DNA of 64,000 nt, taken from positions 75,392,001 to 75,456,000 of the forward strand of contig NC_092354.1 in the NCBI RefSeq assembly GCF_963676685.1, written 5' to 3'. This DNA comes from Mytilus edulis (Eukaryota). Positions 26,001-38,898 of the stretch are shown piece after piece; position 1 is the stretch's first letter; every line of letters begins with the position of its first letter. The translations under genes were made by a program, and so were the position numbers. The notes under the pieces were generated by a model. That model saw only the letters and a program-made list of their open reading frames with translations. It made no database searches and had not been told where the DNA came from.

Positions 26001-29000
26001 CGGCTGTTTTCTGCTCTATGGTTGGGTTGTTGTCGCTTGGAATTTGTATGAACTTTTCATGTGGATAGACATTTTTGAATAATACGTCCACTTTGAAATA
26101 AACTGAATCCGTCTGTCCGTATATATTGTCAAAATATATTGACCAACGTCAGTGTATGATCATCATAACACAACGGCGACAATACAGACTCGTTTTTTTT
26201 TTAGTAATGTTAACAAAATAATTATTATTGAACTTTGTCGATGACCTGAGACTATTATACTATTGTACTAATTTGTACATATATAACAGTATAGTTACAA
26301 TAAGGGATAAAAAAACATATTTTAATGCATGGTAGTTGTAATCCTACATTCATTTTCTATGTCGATTATGCATGCATATACAGTTGTCTTATCAACGTTT
26401 ATCCTAAGATTTATTTTTAACGATTGTAGAAAAGATTACACACATAGAATGATTAGATTACTTATAAAGGTGTCCATCCTATTGTGCGAGAAAATCACAT
26501 ATCAATTGTGTGTTTCGATTTTTAAGACCGTAAACTTTAATTTCAAGTTTAAACATGTTCAACATATTTTCCCATAACTCATATAGAAAACGCATATTTA
26601 GAGAGCTTTAATCTCAATATGCTGTTAAAAAATTTCGGAATGCAAAGTAAATTAAAATATTTGTGTTCTATAAGAGTAGGAATTCAAGTTTTTGCTTATT
26701 ATTTTTTTTGAATCTGAGACTCATATGAATAATAAGCCGTTGTCCGGTGAACGAATTTGTTTTCCAACGACCCACAAAACTCCTTTTGAACGCTGAAGTT
26801 AAATAATCAATTATAATGTAATGCGATTATGATTTTTTTTATTTGACCAAACCGGGTTATCCATTTTGAAATCTATGACGAAACCGGGTTGTATACATTG
26901 ACGAAACCGGCCAGTTCCATTTTGACATGACCCATTTCTTTCGTTCCATACACAGAGATACAATTATGGAGATGCTCATAATAACTAAATTTGCAATCTC
27001 CGTGTCAATATCTATCTTCCCGTACCTTTCTTTCCGTACAATGTGAACAGTTTAACGAGAAATTAAACAATTTTACGGAAGCGTATTAGGGACATAGAAA
27101 AAAATAAAATTGGTAGTGACATTTTTTTTCAAAGTCAAAATTTTGGCATTTCAAATCTCAAAATTTCGACTTTAACTCGAAATTTTAACTTTTCTTATCT
27201 TGAAATTTTGACTCTTTTAAAACTCGAAATTTCGACTTTTTCTAAACTCGAAATTTCGACTTCTTTTAAACTCAAAATTTCGACTTTTAAACTCGAAATT
27301 TCGACTTTTTTTAAACTCGAAATTTCGACTTCTTCTAAACTCGAAATTTCGACTTCTTTTAAACTCAAAATTTCAACTTTCTTTAAACCTAAAATTTCGA
27401 CTTTTCCTCAGTATTTATACGTTTGCGATTACCACATTCACAGTCATTTATATCAGCAAGGCGGAGAGCCATATACATCACAAACTTCATAAGCATATTT
27501 TAATAAACTAAACCATGTTAGAGAGGTTATTTTAGAAAGAAAATCTTGTTCTTGGCGAAGAATAAATAAAATATGTTTCACGTTCGAATACATACTTCAA
27601 GTCTGAACTTCAGATATGTGTATCAAGACACCCCCGCTATTCCGACACACCTATATTACGACATACTTTTATTCAACAGTCTAATATATAAAGACAAGGG
27701 TTAATAGTTGTGTTATAAGAATGCAAACTTCCAAAACTAGAAAACTGAGCAACTCATTGGTCGTCCTGAATATGAATGGCATTTTGTTTAAACAAGGCAA
27801 AGTCAGTGACTTGCTATTGGGATACCAAACAAGCCTTTGAAACTGTGATGCTAAATGTCATCAGATCTGACGATCCTATGACAGTGTCGTGGAAACTAAA
27901 AAATGAAATATGGGGGGGGGGGATTCTGTCAACATGCATGTTCTTTTTACGAATGATTTCTTCAATATTAAATGCTGATCCATATCTTAATTTAAGAACA
28001 AAACCAATTTCTGAATATAAATTGACAAAATGTGTGGAAGACGCTTTAATAATTTGCGTCTATGTCTACTCCTTCTAAAATTGTAATAACTGTGTTTGAA
28101 TACTAACATCAAAGTTTTAAAATTAATTAAAAAAATTCAAAATTTCGAAATTTCAACATTCGAAATTTTGAGTTTACAAAAAGTCGAAATTTTGAGTTTA
28201 AAATAAGTTGAAATTTCGGGTTTAAAATAAGTCGAAATTTCGAGTTTTAAAAAAGTCGAAATTTTGAGTCTAAATTAAGTTGAAATTTCGAGTTTTAAAT
28301 TAATCGAAATTTTGAGTTTTGAATAAGTCAAAATTTCGAGTTTTAAATAAGTCAAAATTTCGAGTTTTAAAAAACTCGAAATTTCGAGTTTAAAGTGGAA
28401 ATTTCGACTTTTTGTAATTCGAAATTTCGAGTTTCAAAAAAGTCAAAATTTCGACTTTTCAAAAAGTAGAAATTTTAAGACTTTAGAAAGTCAAAATTTC
28501 AATTTTAAGTCAAAATTTCGGGATTTTAAAAGTCAAAATTTCAAGTTAAAGTCAAAATTTCGAGATTTGAAAAGTCAAAATTTTGACTTTGAAAAAAAAG
28601 TTCAATGCCAATTTTATTTTTTCTATGTCCCTAATACGCTTCCGTACAATTTCGAGGCAAGGTTCACTCAATTCGTCATTTTGACATGCATTTTGAGTTA
28701 TTTCTCCGTTAATATAGAACGGTTGTAGAAAATATTGCATCTCACAATAGAAAATAGTTGTATATGTATATATATTCTTCGATATCATAAAAAAAATAAA
28801 AAAAATAAGGAGAAACCTACCTTTCTTTTGTCTATTGGTGTTCCGTCATTGTGTCGGATGTTAGATACCATCGAGTCCGAGCAAATTTTGCCGGTGTGGT
28901 TTAGACACAGTGTTATTATCCTTGCCAAAGTACCAATATATATTACATAGTTTATACAGACCCCTGTATGTATTAACGGTTAAAAACAGATACATGTAAA

Positions 29001-32000
29001 TGCATTATTTGTTTTCTTTTTCCAGTTTCAGTTCAATGATTCAAAATTTTCAAGCAAGATTTTCTCATAGCCCGTTTACTATACATGTTTATTAACATCT
29101 TACAGAGCTCATTAACTGTTAATTGAAATTAAATAACATTTCTAATAACAGCTGACATAGCTCATTTACAAAAAAAGACATTTTGTAGTAACAAATGACA
29201 TATATATATATAGCCAATAAAAGAGGGACGAAAGATACCAAAGGGACAGTCAAACTCATAAATCTAAAACAAACTGACAACGCCATGGCTAAAAATGAAA
29301 AAGACCAACAGAAAAACAATAGTACACATGACACAACATAGAAAACTAAAGAATAAACAACACGACCCACACCAAAAACTAGGGGTGATCTCAGGTGCTC
29401 CGGAAGGGTAAGCAGATCCTGCTCCACATGTGGCACCCGTCGTGTTGCTTATGTGATTACAAATCCGGTAAATAGTCTAATTCGGTAGGTCACATTCATG
29501 AAAGGGAAGGGGATTGTAGTTACGACGTAAGGAACATATCCGATATCATTTGTGAAACGGTTATTCCATAACGGTCAACCAACTCGTGATGGCGTCCGTA
29601 AAATTTACGAAGGGATGATTTCAACTTCATCATTTGGAACTCTTGGTTTAATAGCTTCCTTGTGAGCAGTAACCCTTTATCAAGAACATCATGATAGGAA
29701 ATGCAAGCACGGGAATATCGTATCAATTGGGAGATATATTCCTCGTATGCAGGTGCTGCTGGAATGTTGCTACTTAGAAATGGAAAGTTCACAATTGGAA
29801 AGCTGAAATCATCTCTTTTGTCGTAAAGTTTTGTTTTCAACCGACCCTCATTGTCAATTTCTAGATGTAAGTCAAGATATGAAGCCGACTTAACTGTATC
29901 TGTAGTATCCTTTATCTCCAATTCGATGGGATAGATGCGTTCCACATAGTCATCAAATTTTGAATTGTTTAGTGATAGAACGTCATCTATATAGCGGAAA
30001 GTAGAGTTAAAGGATATTGCTAACTTCTTATCTTTCTTCCTAAGAAGTTTCTGCATGAAGTCAGCCTCATAATAATACAGAAACAAGTCGGCAAGGAGAG
30101 GGGCACAGTTTGTTCCCATTGGGATGCCGACAGTCTGTTGAAAAACACGTCCTCCGAACGTTACAAATATGTTGTCAATCAAGAAATCAAGCATCTTGAT
30201 AATATCGGTTTCAGAGAATTTTTTGTTTGAATCAGAGTAATTCTTTACAAAGTATGATTTATCCCTCCCTAAGACAAGATACTTGTATCTACGTTGGCCA
30301 TTCTTTTTTATGAAGCAAAGTAATACCAACTCTTTCAATTTGTCTTTTAGTTTGGAATGTGGAATACTTGTGTAAAGAGTAGAAAAGTCAAATGTTTTAA
30401 TACTGTTACAAGATGAAAGAGAGTTAGATTGTATGTACTCTAAAAGATCTTTGGAATTTTTAAGTATCTGATTCACGCCACCTCTAGAATAGGCAGTTTC
30501 ACAATAACTTTAAAGCCCGTCGTTGATTGCTGATAAAATAAATGTTAATAATTTAGAAAGAGGTTTCGTGGAGCACTTGAAAGACCCAGCAATATACCGT
30601 TGTTTGTAAGGACACTTATGTAGTTTAGGTATCCAATACAGTGATGGAAGATCCAGTTCTTCATCTTTGGTTGAAAGGAACAAAGAACAGACCTATGATT
30701 ATCCAGGATTTCCTCTTTGGTAAGTGTCGTGAGGGTACTAGTATATGTTGAGTTTCCAAGTGAATTGTCTATACCTAATTCGTTTATCAAGCAATTAATG
30801 TAGTGACTTTTACAGACAAAAACGATGTTATTTGGGGCTTTGTCTGCGGGGACAACAACATATTTATCATGGAGGTCGGATAAGTGTTTAGCAACATTTG
30901 GGTCTTTAAAGATTGACGTAGCATGGGCATTAATGGACCCATTCAGTTTCTTGATTCTGATTTGTATTAACGACCTCACTGCCTTAATCCACTCGGATAG
31001 AGTGTCTACGTCTTTCTTTTTCACGTTTAGCCCATTGCCTGACATAATCCTCGACTGAGTCCATCAAAATTTTAAAGTTGTATTTCCAATTGATGGATTT
31101 AGGCTCACGATATTTCGGACCTTTCGATCACACATTTCGTAGAGAAGTGTTATTAACAATGTTAAGGTCACCGGTAATAACGTGGCCAGCAGGATTATAT
31201 ATGAATTGGGAACTAGCACAAGTGCAATCAGGAGGTTTAGACTTGAAGTCGTCAATATCGAGATTCTGAAAAACGCGTTTGTAATTGAAAATTTTAGTTG
31301 CAATAGGTTTGGTATAGGTATAAGAAATTATTGGTACAGACTGGTCTTTGAAATAAGGAGGTATTTTCGATTGAACTAATTTATGATGAAGGATATTGCC
31401 TAGGTTGACGCCATCGAGACTTTTGTTGGCAAAGGAAAGATTTAGAAAAGATCTTTTCTCTTTTTCATCTTTTCCAATAAACTGTGAATTAATCTAAAAT
31501 AACAGTTTTACTAACAGTTGACATAGCTCATTTACTAGACATGTTGTATAATGTAGTAACAAATGACATATATATAGCCAATACACTGTGAATTGATCTA
31601 ACATAACACCTTTACTAACAGTTGACATAGCTCATTTACTAGACATTTTTATGAACAACTGACATAGCCCATTTACTATACATTTTTAGTAACATCTGAC
31701 ATAAATTATTTAGGAAGAAGTGGTATGAGTGTCAATGAGACAACTCTCCATCCAAATAACAATAAGAGTAAACCATTATACAAATGTAGGTCAAGTTACG
31801 GCCTTCAACACGGAGCCTTGGCTAACACCGAAAGAGCAAGCTATAAAAGGCCCCAAATTTAGTAATGTAAAACCATTCAAACGGGAAAACCAACGGTCTA
31901 ACCTATATAATCCATTAACTTTGAATTGACTTTAAAAAAAAACATTTCCATTAATATCTCACCAGCAGATGATTGATCCTTTGACCGGAAACATGCTTCT

Positions 32001-32835
32001 ACATCCTTTGTCAGTGGAGCAGTGGCGAGAATCATTGTTGCAAATAAGCTCTTGGATGTTTTTGTCTTACAGTCAGCTGGTATGTAGTATTTGTTGTCGT
32101 CTGTTATAAAGACAATCTTAGCGGCAGCCATTGAAAACAACCACTCCCTCACATATCTATGAAATAAGAATGTATGAATAAAAAATACAAAAATGAAGAT
32201 GGAACCCTTTTTACATACCAAACAGAAGGTTTTTAAAACAGCACCTTGCGGTTTATCCCTTAAACAAAACATACCAATTTCAATATTAAACGCTTTGTAA
32301 ACGCAAACTTTGTCGATTTACAACCGATTGCTTTGAAAAACGCAACCTTTGTCACATATCACAACTGATCGCTTAGAAAACACAACCTTTGTCACATATC
32401 CCAACCGATCGCATTGAAAACGAAATTTTTGTCACATTCACAAAATATATGGAAAGTCGACCTTCCAATGGATAGAAACAATTGCCTCTGGGTGTAATGG
32501 TACCTTTCATTCAATCCCGCATTATCTGCTATTGATTTGGATGAAAGGCAGTAAGAGCTCGAAAAAGTCCAACTCTACATACAATGTGTCCGAGTCTTAT
32601 ACCAAGGGAGATAACTCCGATATAATTAATGGTATGATATGTACCTCTCATTCAGTCCTGCATGATCTGCTATTGATTGAGATGTTTCTGGTTCCGACAA
32701 GTCCGTAAGAGCTCTAAAAAGTCCGACTCTATGACCAAGTCCTACGCCAAGGGCGATAACTCCACTATAAACAATGTTATTGAATCTTTCTTCGTACATG
32801 TCTGGCTTCGTATCGTCAGGAGAAACACTAGCCAT
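23034..32835 (-). CDS. Rv2258c-like class I SAM-dependent methyltransferase (N-terminal winged-helix + MTase), 350 aa; exons 32835-32645, 32156-31963, 24000-23887, 23587-23034
   Basis: All three introns are GT-AG with consistent phases (2,1,1), giving a 1053-nt open frame. Motifs: GHRVGLFRAL, ADHAGLNERYVREWL, motif I ILDIGCGTG, VVGID, FDWI, VFHDLPNP, ALKDDG. Confidence 0.88.
24130..28912. mobile_element. Transib-like non-autonomous transposon with ~450-bp TIRs, in methyltransferase intron 2
   Basis: Ends CACTGTGTCTAAACCACACCGGCAAAATTTG / CAAATTTTGCCGGTGTGGTTTAGACACAGTG; 5-bp TSD TTATT at 24125-24129 and 28913-28917. The right TIR is split by the 27074-28646 insertion. Confidence 0.85.
27074..28646. 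mobile_element. IS3EU-like MITE nested in the right TIR of the Transib-like element
   Basis: Ends TACGGAAGCGTATTAGGGACATAG / CTATGTCCCTAATACGCTTCCGTA; 6-bp TSD CAATTT at 27068-27073 and 28647-28652. Subterminal ~21-bp repeats aaactcgaaatttcgacttt lie in inverse orientation at the two ends. Confidence 0.88.
29222..31473 (-). mobile_element. Penelope-like retroelement copy, 5'-truncated and frameshifted
   Basis: RT ORF plus upstream fragments KYREPKSINW and VVVPADKAPNN in other frames. ccaataaa flanks both sides. It is inserted in a ~110-bp tandem repeat (29120-29220, 31474-31700). Confidence 0.85.
29520..30476 (-). CDS. Penelope-like reverse transcriptase domain (disrupted copy)
   Basis: FDFSTLYT, QTVGIPMGTNCAPLLADLFL, FRYIDD, YLDL, LYDKRDDF motifs. 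No GIY-YIG domain is visible downstream. Confidence 0.9.
   Translation of the reverse strand: MNQILKNSKDLLEYIQSNSLSSCNSIKTFDFSTLYTSIPHSKLKDKLKELVLLCFIKKNGQRRYKYLVLGRDKSYFVKNYSDSNKKFSETDIIKMLDFLIDNIFVTFGGRVFQQTVGIPMGTNCAPLLADLFLYYYEADFMQKLLRKKDKKLAISFNSTFRYIDDVLSLNNSKFDDYVERIYPIELEIKDTTDTVKSASYLDLHLEIDNEGRLKTKLYDKRDDFSFPIVNFPFLSSNIPAAPAYEEYISQLIRYSRACISYHDVLDKGLLLTRKLLNQEFQMMKLKSSLRKFYGRHHELVDRYGITVSQMISDMFLTS
31715..31910. mobile_element. Abundant short interspersed repeat (SINE-like); other copies near 5293, 16630, 19700, 25450, 35700, 36205, 39880 and 41640
   Basis: Shared tgtggtatga.tgccaatgagacaact...ggccttcaaca..gagc...gctataaaaggcccc...caattcaaacgagaaaac. Confidence 0.7.
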
Positions 32836-35800
32836 TTTCTGAAGTAAATATTTAGTCCAATTATTATTCAAAGCATAAACAGATATAAATTACACCAGAT
32901 TTGAGGTATGCGTCAATGAGAAAACAACCCACCAAAATAAATCTACAAAAAAGTTAAAAGGTCAAACATCTTCGCCAAACTAGGTCAAGACCCGTCCCCG
33001 CCTCCAACCTTGGCAGATTAAGCCAACATTTGTGATTTCAATGCTGCGTCATCTACTGACCCGCAGCTAAATGTCACACTATACCAACTTCGTAATTCTT
33101 TACCAAATGAATGTCATCATTTCAGTGTGGAAGTGTGGGTTTTGTTGTGTCTAGTGTTTATATATATTCCGAAGCAGGAACCCAAACAATACGCTGTTTT
33201 TCCAACATTTGCTAGAAAAAATACCCTTGTACTCCTTTCAATTTAGATTTTAATTACCCGTTAATAATTTACAGAAGCCAACACAATTTACACATTTTGA
33301 TTCAGTTCAAATAATACATATTACCAACAAAAAAAGAGGGAGAAAACAGCGAACATTAAGAAATACATTGTACACATAGTTCAGAGAGCACGACTTTGGA
33401 CTGTTGTACATTGTACAATTTAAACCAGTTTAACATGATCGAGCACCCTTCCGCTGTTGCCTTTTTATATTATTTATTTTGTATAACTACAAGCATATTG
33501 TGTAATTACCAAAAGGATGACCACTAACTTTGGTATAAAAGTCAGTAAACGTCTTAAATTTTGAAAAAAAATCCTTAAGAGCTGTAATAATATGTTTAAA
33601 ATTACTAATATGTTACATGAATATGGTGCAATGGTATAATATAATAATAAGTAAGCTTACCAATAATGCCCTGTAGCTTAGGCATCTACTAAATATATCT
33701 GAACTTTTATCATTTGTGTCAAAGATAAAGTAAAGTATTGGGGTCATACATGTGTGCACATTTAAAGTTATAATAGAAACATGTACACTGAACTGAATTA
33801 ATATATTACATAGTATACCTATTTACATTTAGAATTACAGGTATATGTCTACGCATTGTTATGAAATTATTTTATTTCACGTATTTGTGCATTTGTACTT
33901 ATCAACTCAGAATTTAAGAAAACATTATTTATAGGATATTGATTGATTAATTCGGTTGGTTCCTAAATGTACGCCAGTATTTTATGCACGTACAGGATGA
34001 AATTAAACTAACAATAAATACAATATATTTTATATTCTTTCATATAGGACGCCAGGGGTGAAGGTCGGGTGATGTTTCACTGCCACATGTAAAATAGGAT
34101 ATAATGGAAAAGATAGAAAGTTGGAAGTGCAAATTTGTTACGAATGGACCAATCAAAGAGTTGGTGCAGGGATTTTTAACGCCCGTACGAAATAAGTAGT
34201 AGGATTCCACCTAGACACTAGTAGGAATGAAGTAGAAATCCACCTAAATTCAAAAATTCCATATAGAAAGTAGGCGGACATGGAAAATGAACAACATTCT
34301 GACTGGATTTTTTAATATTCCTACTTAAAAAATCCTACAACCTAGGTGGAAATTTAAAAGTCTGTATGGATTTTTTTTCTGTTTTGAAAATCTGATTTGA
34401 TTATTTATTTTCCTACTACATGTTTAAGATTCCTACCAGACTTATTTTATAAATTCCTACCAGAAAATCTTTCTACCTGGAAAGTAATCTTGAACTGGAT
34501 TTCTGTTTGCTAATGACACACATTTTGCAATGTAAATGCAAGCAAGTTCCAGTTCACAAATTCAAATTTAGGAGGGGAAAGAATGAAATGTTGTGTTGGA
34601 ATACAATGCTGCAAGTTAGGGTCACACAACTACAATATAGAAGTGTAAGAAAATATGGCTAATCAAGACTAAAGGTAATTGTTATACATTAATTTTTTTT
34701 ATCTGCCTGCCAAAAATATAAAGTTATAATTAATTCATCAATAGTGCATAATCTTACTCATTATTTGTCCATTAAACTAATATAGATCTACATGTTTATG
34801 TAAAACACTTTTTATAGCTTGCATACATTGCAGTTTCCTTAAAAATTTCAAAAGTCCATTTTTTCAAAAAAGGAATTTATTCCATGAATTTCCTTTGTTC
34901 TTTGTTGTTGAGATTCAAACTTATCATTGACCCAGTTGTGTATTTGTGAATATACACTTATATTTTGTATATTTTTAGATTCCTACCAGAAAATATTTTT
35001 TTCTGGGTGGAATTTTGAAAAATTCCTACCAGGTTTTCTAGTAGGAATTTTATTTTCCTACCAAAGTATTCCTGCTAATTTGTATATTCCTGGTAGGAAT
35101 ATACAATATTCCCACTAGGAAATTCCTGCTAATTTAAATTTTTCGGCTGTTTTCCGTGTGGATTCCTACTACTGTCTGACTAGAATATCACTCTTTTCTG
35201 GTAGGAATTTAAAGCAATTTTCCTACTACATTCCGTGTACATTCCGTATGGATTGTTTCATACAGGTGTGTAGAGCGAGTGTCATTCTCTCAACACGTGG
35301 CATCGAATGTAAGGGAGCTACCATTTGATTGTTATGGGGGGGGGGGGGTGCTATTGTACCCGAGTCAGGAAGGAAAAAAAGTAATTAAAATAAAAAACAC
35401 TCTTTATAGTCTATCATTGCAAACATATACATGGAGCCTTTTTATTGATAACTGCATACATGTACATGAACTTTGTATATCTTCTTTCATATCAGTAACC
35501 TCTTCGAGCTGAAATAGGAATACATTTAGTACGATATATATTTATATAAATTTTGTCAGATTTTATAACATTTTATAATAAATTACTAGATTTACTAAAT
35601 GGAATCCCTGAAACGATGGCTGAGATTTGTGGTACATTAATATTGTATATATTCATTTCATATTTAGAAAATATGAAAAGAGATAATATGAAAAAAAAGA
35701 AGATGTGGTATGAATACCAATGAGTAAACTCTCCACAAGAGACAAACATGTCACAAGAGTTAACAACAATAGGTCACTGTACAGCCTTTAACAATGGGCA

Positions 35801-36706
35801 AAGATCATACCACATAGTCAGCTATAAAAGAGATAACAATGTAAAACAATTCAAACGAGAAAACTAATGGCCAAATTTATATTTCAAAAATGATAAAAAA
35901 AAAAAAAAAAAAAATACATATAATTATGTAACAAATGTGAAGCAGGATCTGCTACCTCTACGGAGCACTTGCTAATTCTACCAGTAATTAATTTTATAAT
36001 TATAATGTCCACATAAATCCACGTGACGCTTACTTATCACATCCCCACGCACTTCCGACTCCTACATACATTTAAATGTTGAAATATTAACTGCCATATG
36101 CTTCTATCATCTACAGCGATTGGTATATCTTAAGTTATTTTTCTCTTATGATGCATTTCTACTTTTTTTATTGTTCTTTGAAGGCTTTGCTATAAGAAAT
36201 AAGAGATGTTATATGATTGACAATGAGACAACTATCCACCAAAGTTCAAATAAAGTGGATGTAAGCAATTATAGGCAACCGTACGGTCGGCTATAAAAGG
36301 CCCCGACATGAAGATATGAAACAATTCAATTGAGAAAACTCACGGCCTAATTTTTCACAAAACAGTTTACGAAAAAGAAAATATGACATACACGAACCAA
36401 CGACAACCACTAAACTACAGCCTCCTGACTCTGTGCAGGCACATGAAGAATATGGCGGAGTTAAACATGTTTGTGAGCACCCAACTCTTCTCCTAACCTG
36501 GGACAGTGGTGTAATAGTACACATAAGAACCCACTATAAAGATCAGTTGAAAATGGCTTAACTTACAGATGGATACAAATAGAAGTACATCTAACAAAAA
36601 CACAAAGTAGACGTGGCTGGTTACTTATACACCCCAAAAACAAAAAGACATTAAGTACAGATCTGAGTGTACTCACAGTTACTGACAGCTCGTTCAAAAC
36701 CACTTA

Positions 36707-36889
36707 GGCAGCAACCATTTTCCACGGACAAACTTTTTTTTTTTGGCGATAAGTCGAAAACAATTTTTTTCTTTCAATTTTAGCATTACATATAGTGGCA
36801 GTTTAGGGTGAAACAAACATTTTTTAATCCATAGCCCCCCCCACCCCCCCCCCCCCCCCCAATCCCCCGAAAATCAAATGGTTGCTGCC
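36707..36889. mobile_element. PIF/Harbinger-like (Tourist) MITE
   Basis: TTA|GGCAGCAACCATTT ... AAATGGTTGCTGCC|TTA, with an internal poly-C tract. Confidence 0.75.
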
Positions 36890-38244
36890 TTACAAATAAT
36901 AAATAAAATCATGTATCTTAGGCTTATGCATGTTATTGACTTCTAACATTTAGTTTGTTACCAATCCAATGTTACGTTGTAGAAAGTACAAAATCATCTC
37001 CTTTTCCCCGAATGTGACCTACCGAATAAGACTTATATTTGCACTAACATGAGCAACGCGGTGAGTGCCTCAAGTAGATCAGGATCTGCTTAGCCTTCCA
37101 GAGCGTATAAGATCCCTACCAGTTTTGGTGTAGCTCGTCTTACTCAGTCTTTGGTTTTCTATGTTGTGTTTTGTGGTTTGTGTACTGTAAGTTTGTTTGT
37201 CTGTTTGTCTTTTTCGACAGCTGAGTTTGAATGTCCTTTTGGTATCTTTTTCCTCTCCTAGGGTATTTAAAAAAAATGAAAACTTGTTTGTATTTGCACG
37301 GAACGCGGTGAAATAATATATAATCTGTCAAGTGTACCATTATTTTATCATAAATGAATATTTTAAGTACTTTATATCCTCTAAGAAAAAATATTTATAA
37401 TGTGTTATTTTCATATTTTAAAAGACGTTGAATAAGGTGGCAAAATATCCATCTTCCTAATACAAGAAGTTTATGGAACTAACAAAATAACGTTATCTGA
37501 TAATAACACGAAATATATTTGTCATAATAATACGAAATACGAAATATTTTCGTCCCATGACATCGAAATGCTCTTATATATACGGAGGTCTACTCACTAG
37601 TTTGAGAGCATCTGTGTATTTTTCAAACTTCCGGGCTGACATTCATCTCAAACATGCTGAATTGCAACGTATGCTTTGTTCATATAGCATTCCGCTGTAC
37701 ATGTACATTGTATTTAATTTGTTGAGATATAAGGATGAATATAGTAAAAAGAGGTTTTTATTTAGAAATATATATACCCTTCAAAAAAGAAGGGAAAACT
37801 CACAGAGAAGAAAACTCAAACGCAACGTCCCGCTAAACTATTAAAATAAAGTAATAAATCAGTAAACAACCATCACATTAATTTATTATTTAAGCAATGC
37901 GTTTCTGAAGTTGTATCACAAAATGACAGTACGAACAATTTGGAAACTTGTTCAGTGTATTTTTCAAGACATGTAACACTATTGTTTCGGTAACTCTAAA
38001 TAAAACTGTTCTTATATTCCACGAGAAACTCGTCGTTACAGAAAGAGGCTGACTGTTTCTCCGGAGCACCGGAGTTTAGGAAGATCCTGCTCCTCATGTG
38101 TTATCCGTCATGTTGTTCATGGATAGTTCAAATTCGTGTTAAGCGTCATTTAGTGATGTCACAATCGAGGAAAAGACGACTGAATTGTGACTATGACAAA
38201 AAGAAAATATCTGACACATAAACCAGTGAGAGGTTGACTTTAAC

Positions 38245-38749
38245 AGTAGTATATATTGTGTGGCAGCAGCAAATATTTTTGCCACGTTGACAAAAATTTG
38301 TTCCTGACAAAAATTTGTTCCCGCTAGCAAAATTGTATAATATATTTGTTGAATAATATCAAAATATTGGATTTTAAAATTTGTAGAAATATAAAAGACT
38401 GTTTTGATTTTTTCACACGTTGCATTTTGCAGACGTCAAGAAAATTACATAATATAACTGTTGTATAATATTAAATGAAAATTTTGTTTTTTCACTTATA
38501 AAAGAATGTTTTGATTTATTTTCCATCGCATTTAACATATAGACAATTTAAATTGTTAATATTTTGGATAAAGAAGTTAAAAGTAAAACTGAAAAAATAG
38601 AAGATTAAATGACTTCGCGTTGAGAGAAGAAATTTTATAAAACTTTTAAGTTTCATTTGTAACAAAAATGAATAAGAATTGAAAATATATTAATTAACCC
38701 TAACCCTAGCGTATATTGTAAAAACTATTATTATTATTTATTAAAACAA
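38245..38749 (+). repeat. Left TIR of the Maverick
   Basis: The first ~55 bp are the exact reverse complement of the right end. Patchy similarity continues through taattaaccctaaccc and ttattattatt..taaaaca. Confidence 0.85.
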
Positions 38750-38898
38750 TCCATACTCAAACATTAATTAAACCTTATCCATCTACCACTCTTATCCCAA
38801 CCATATATCACGGAATTAATTACCCCTAATTTATTCCCTAATTAGACTATTGTTTTTATTTCTCATCCGGGTATTTAATTCCTCAAAATATTTGCAAA

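Noticed and set aside
27208-27492. 94-aa repetitive ORF (KLEISTF)n
   Set aside because: Translation of ~21-bp MITE subterminal repeats.
34180-35270. Possible CMC-type MITE with tcctacca repeats
   Set aside because: Terminal match is short and imperfect, and no TSD could be fixed.
38139-38330. ORFs sharing IFVNVAKIFAAATQYILLL (also 57236-57553)
   Set aside because: Translations across the TIR ends running out into host DNA.
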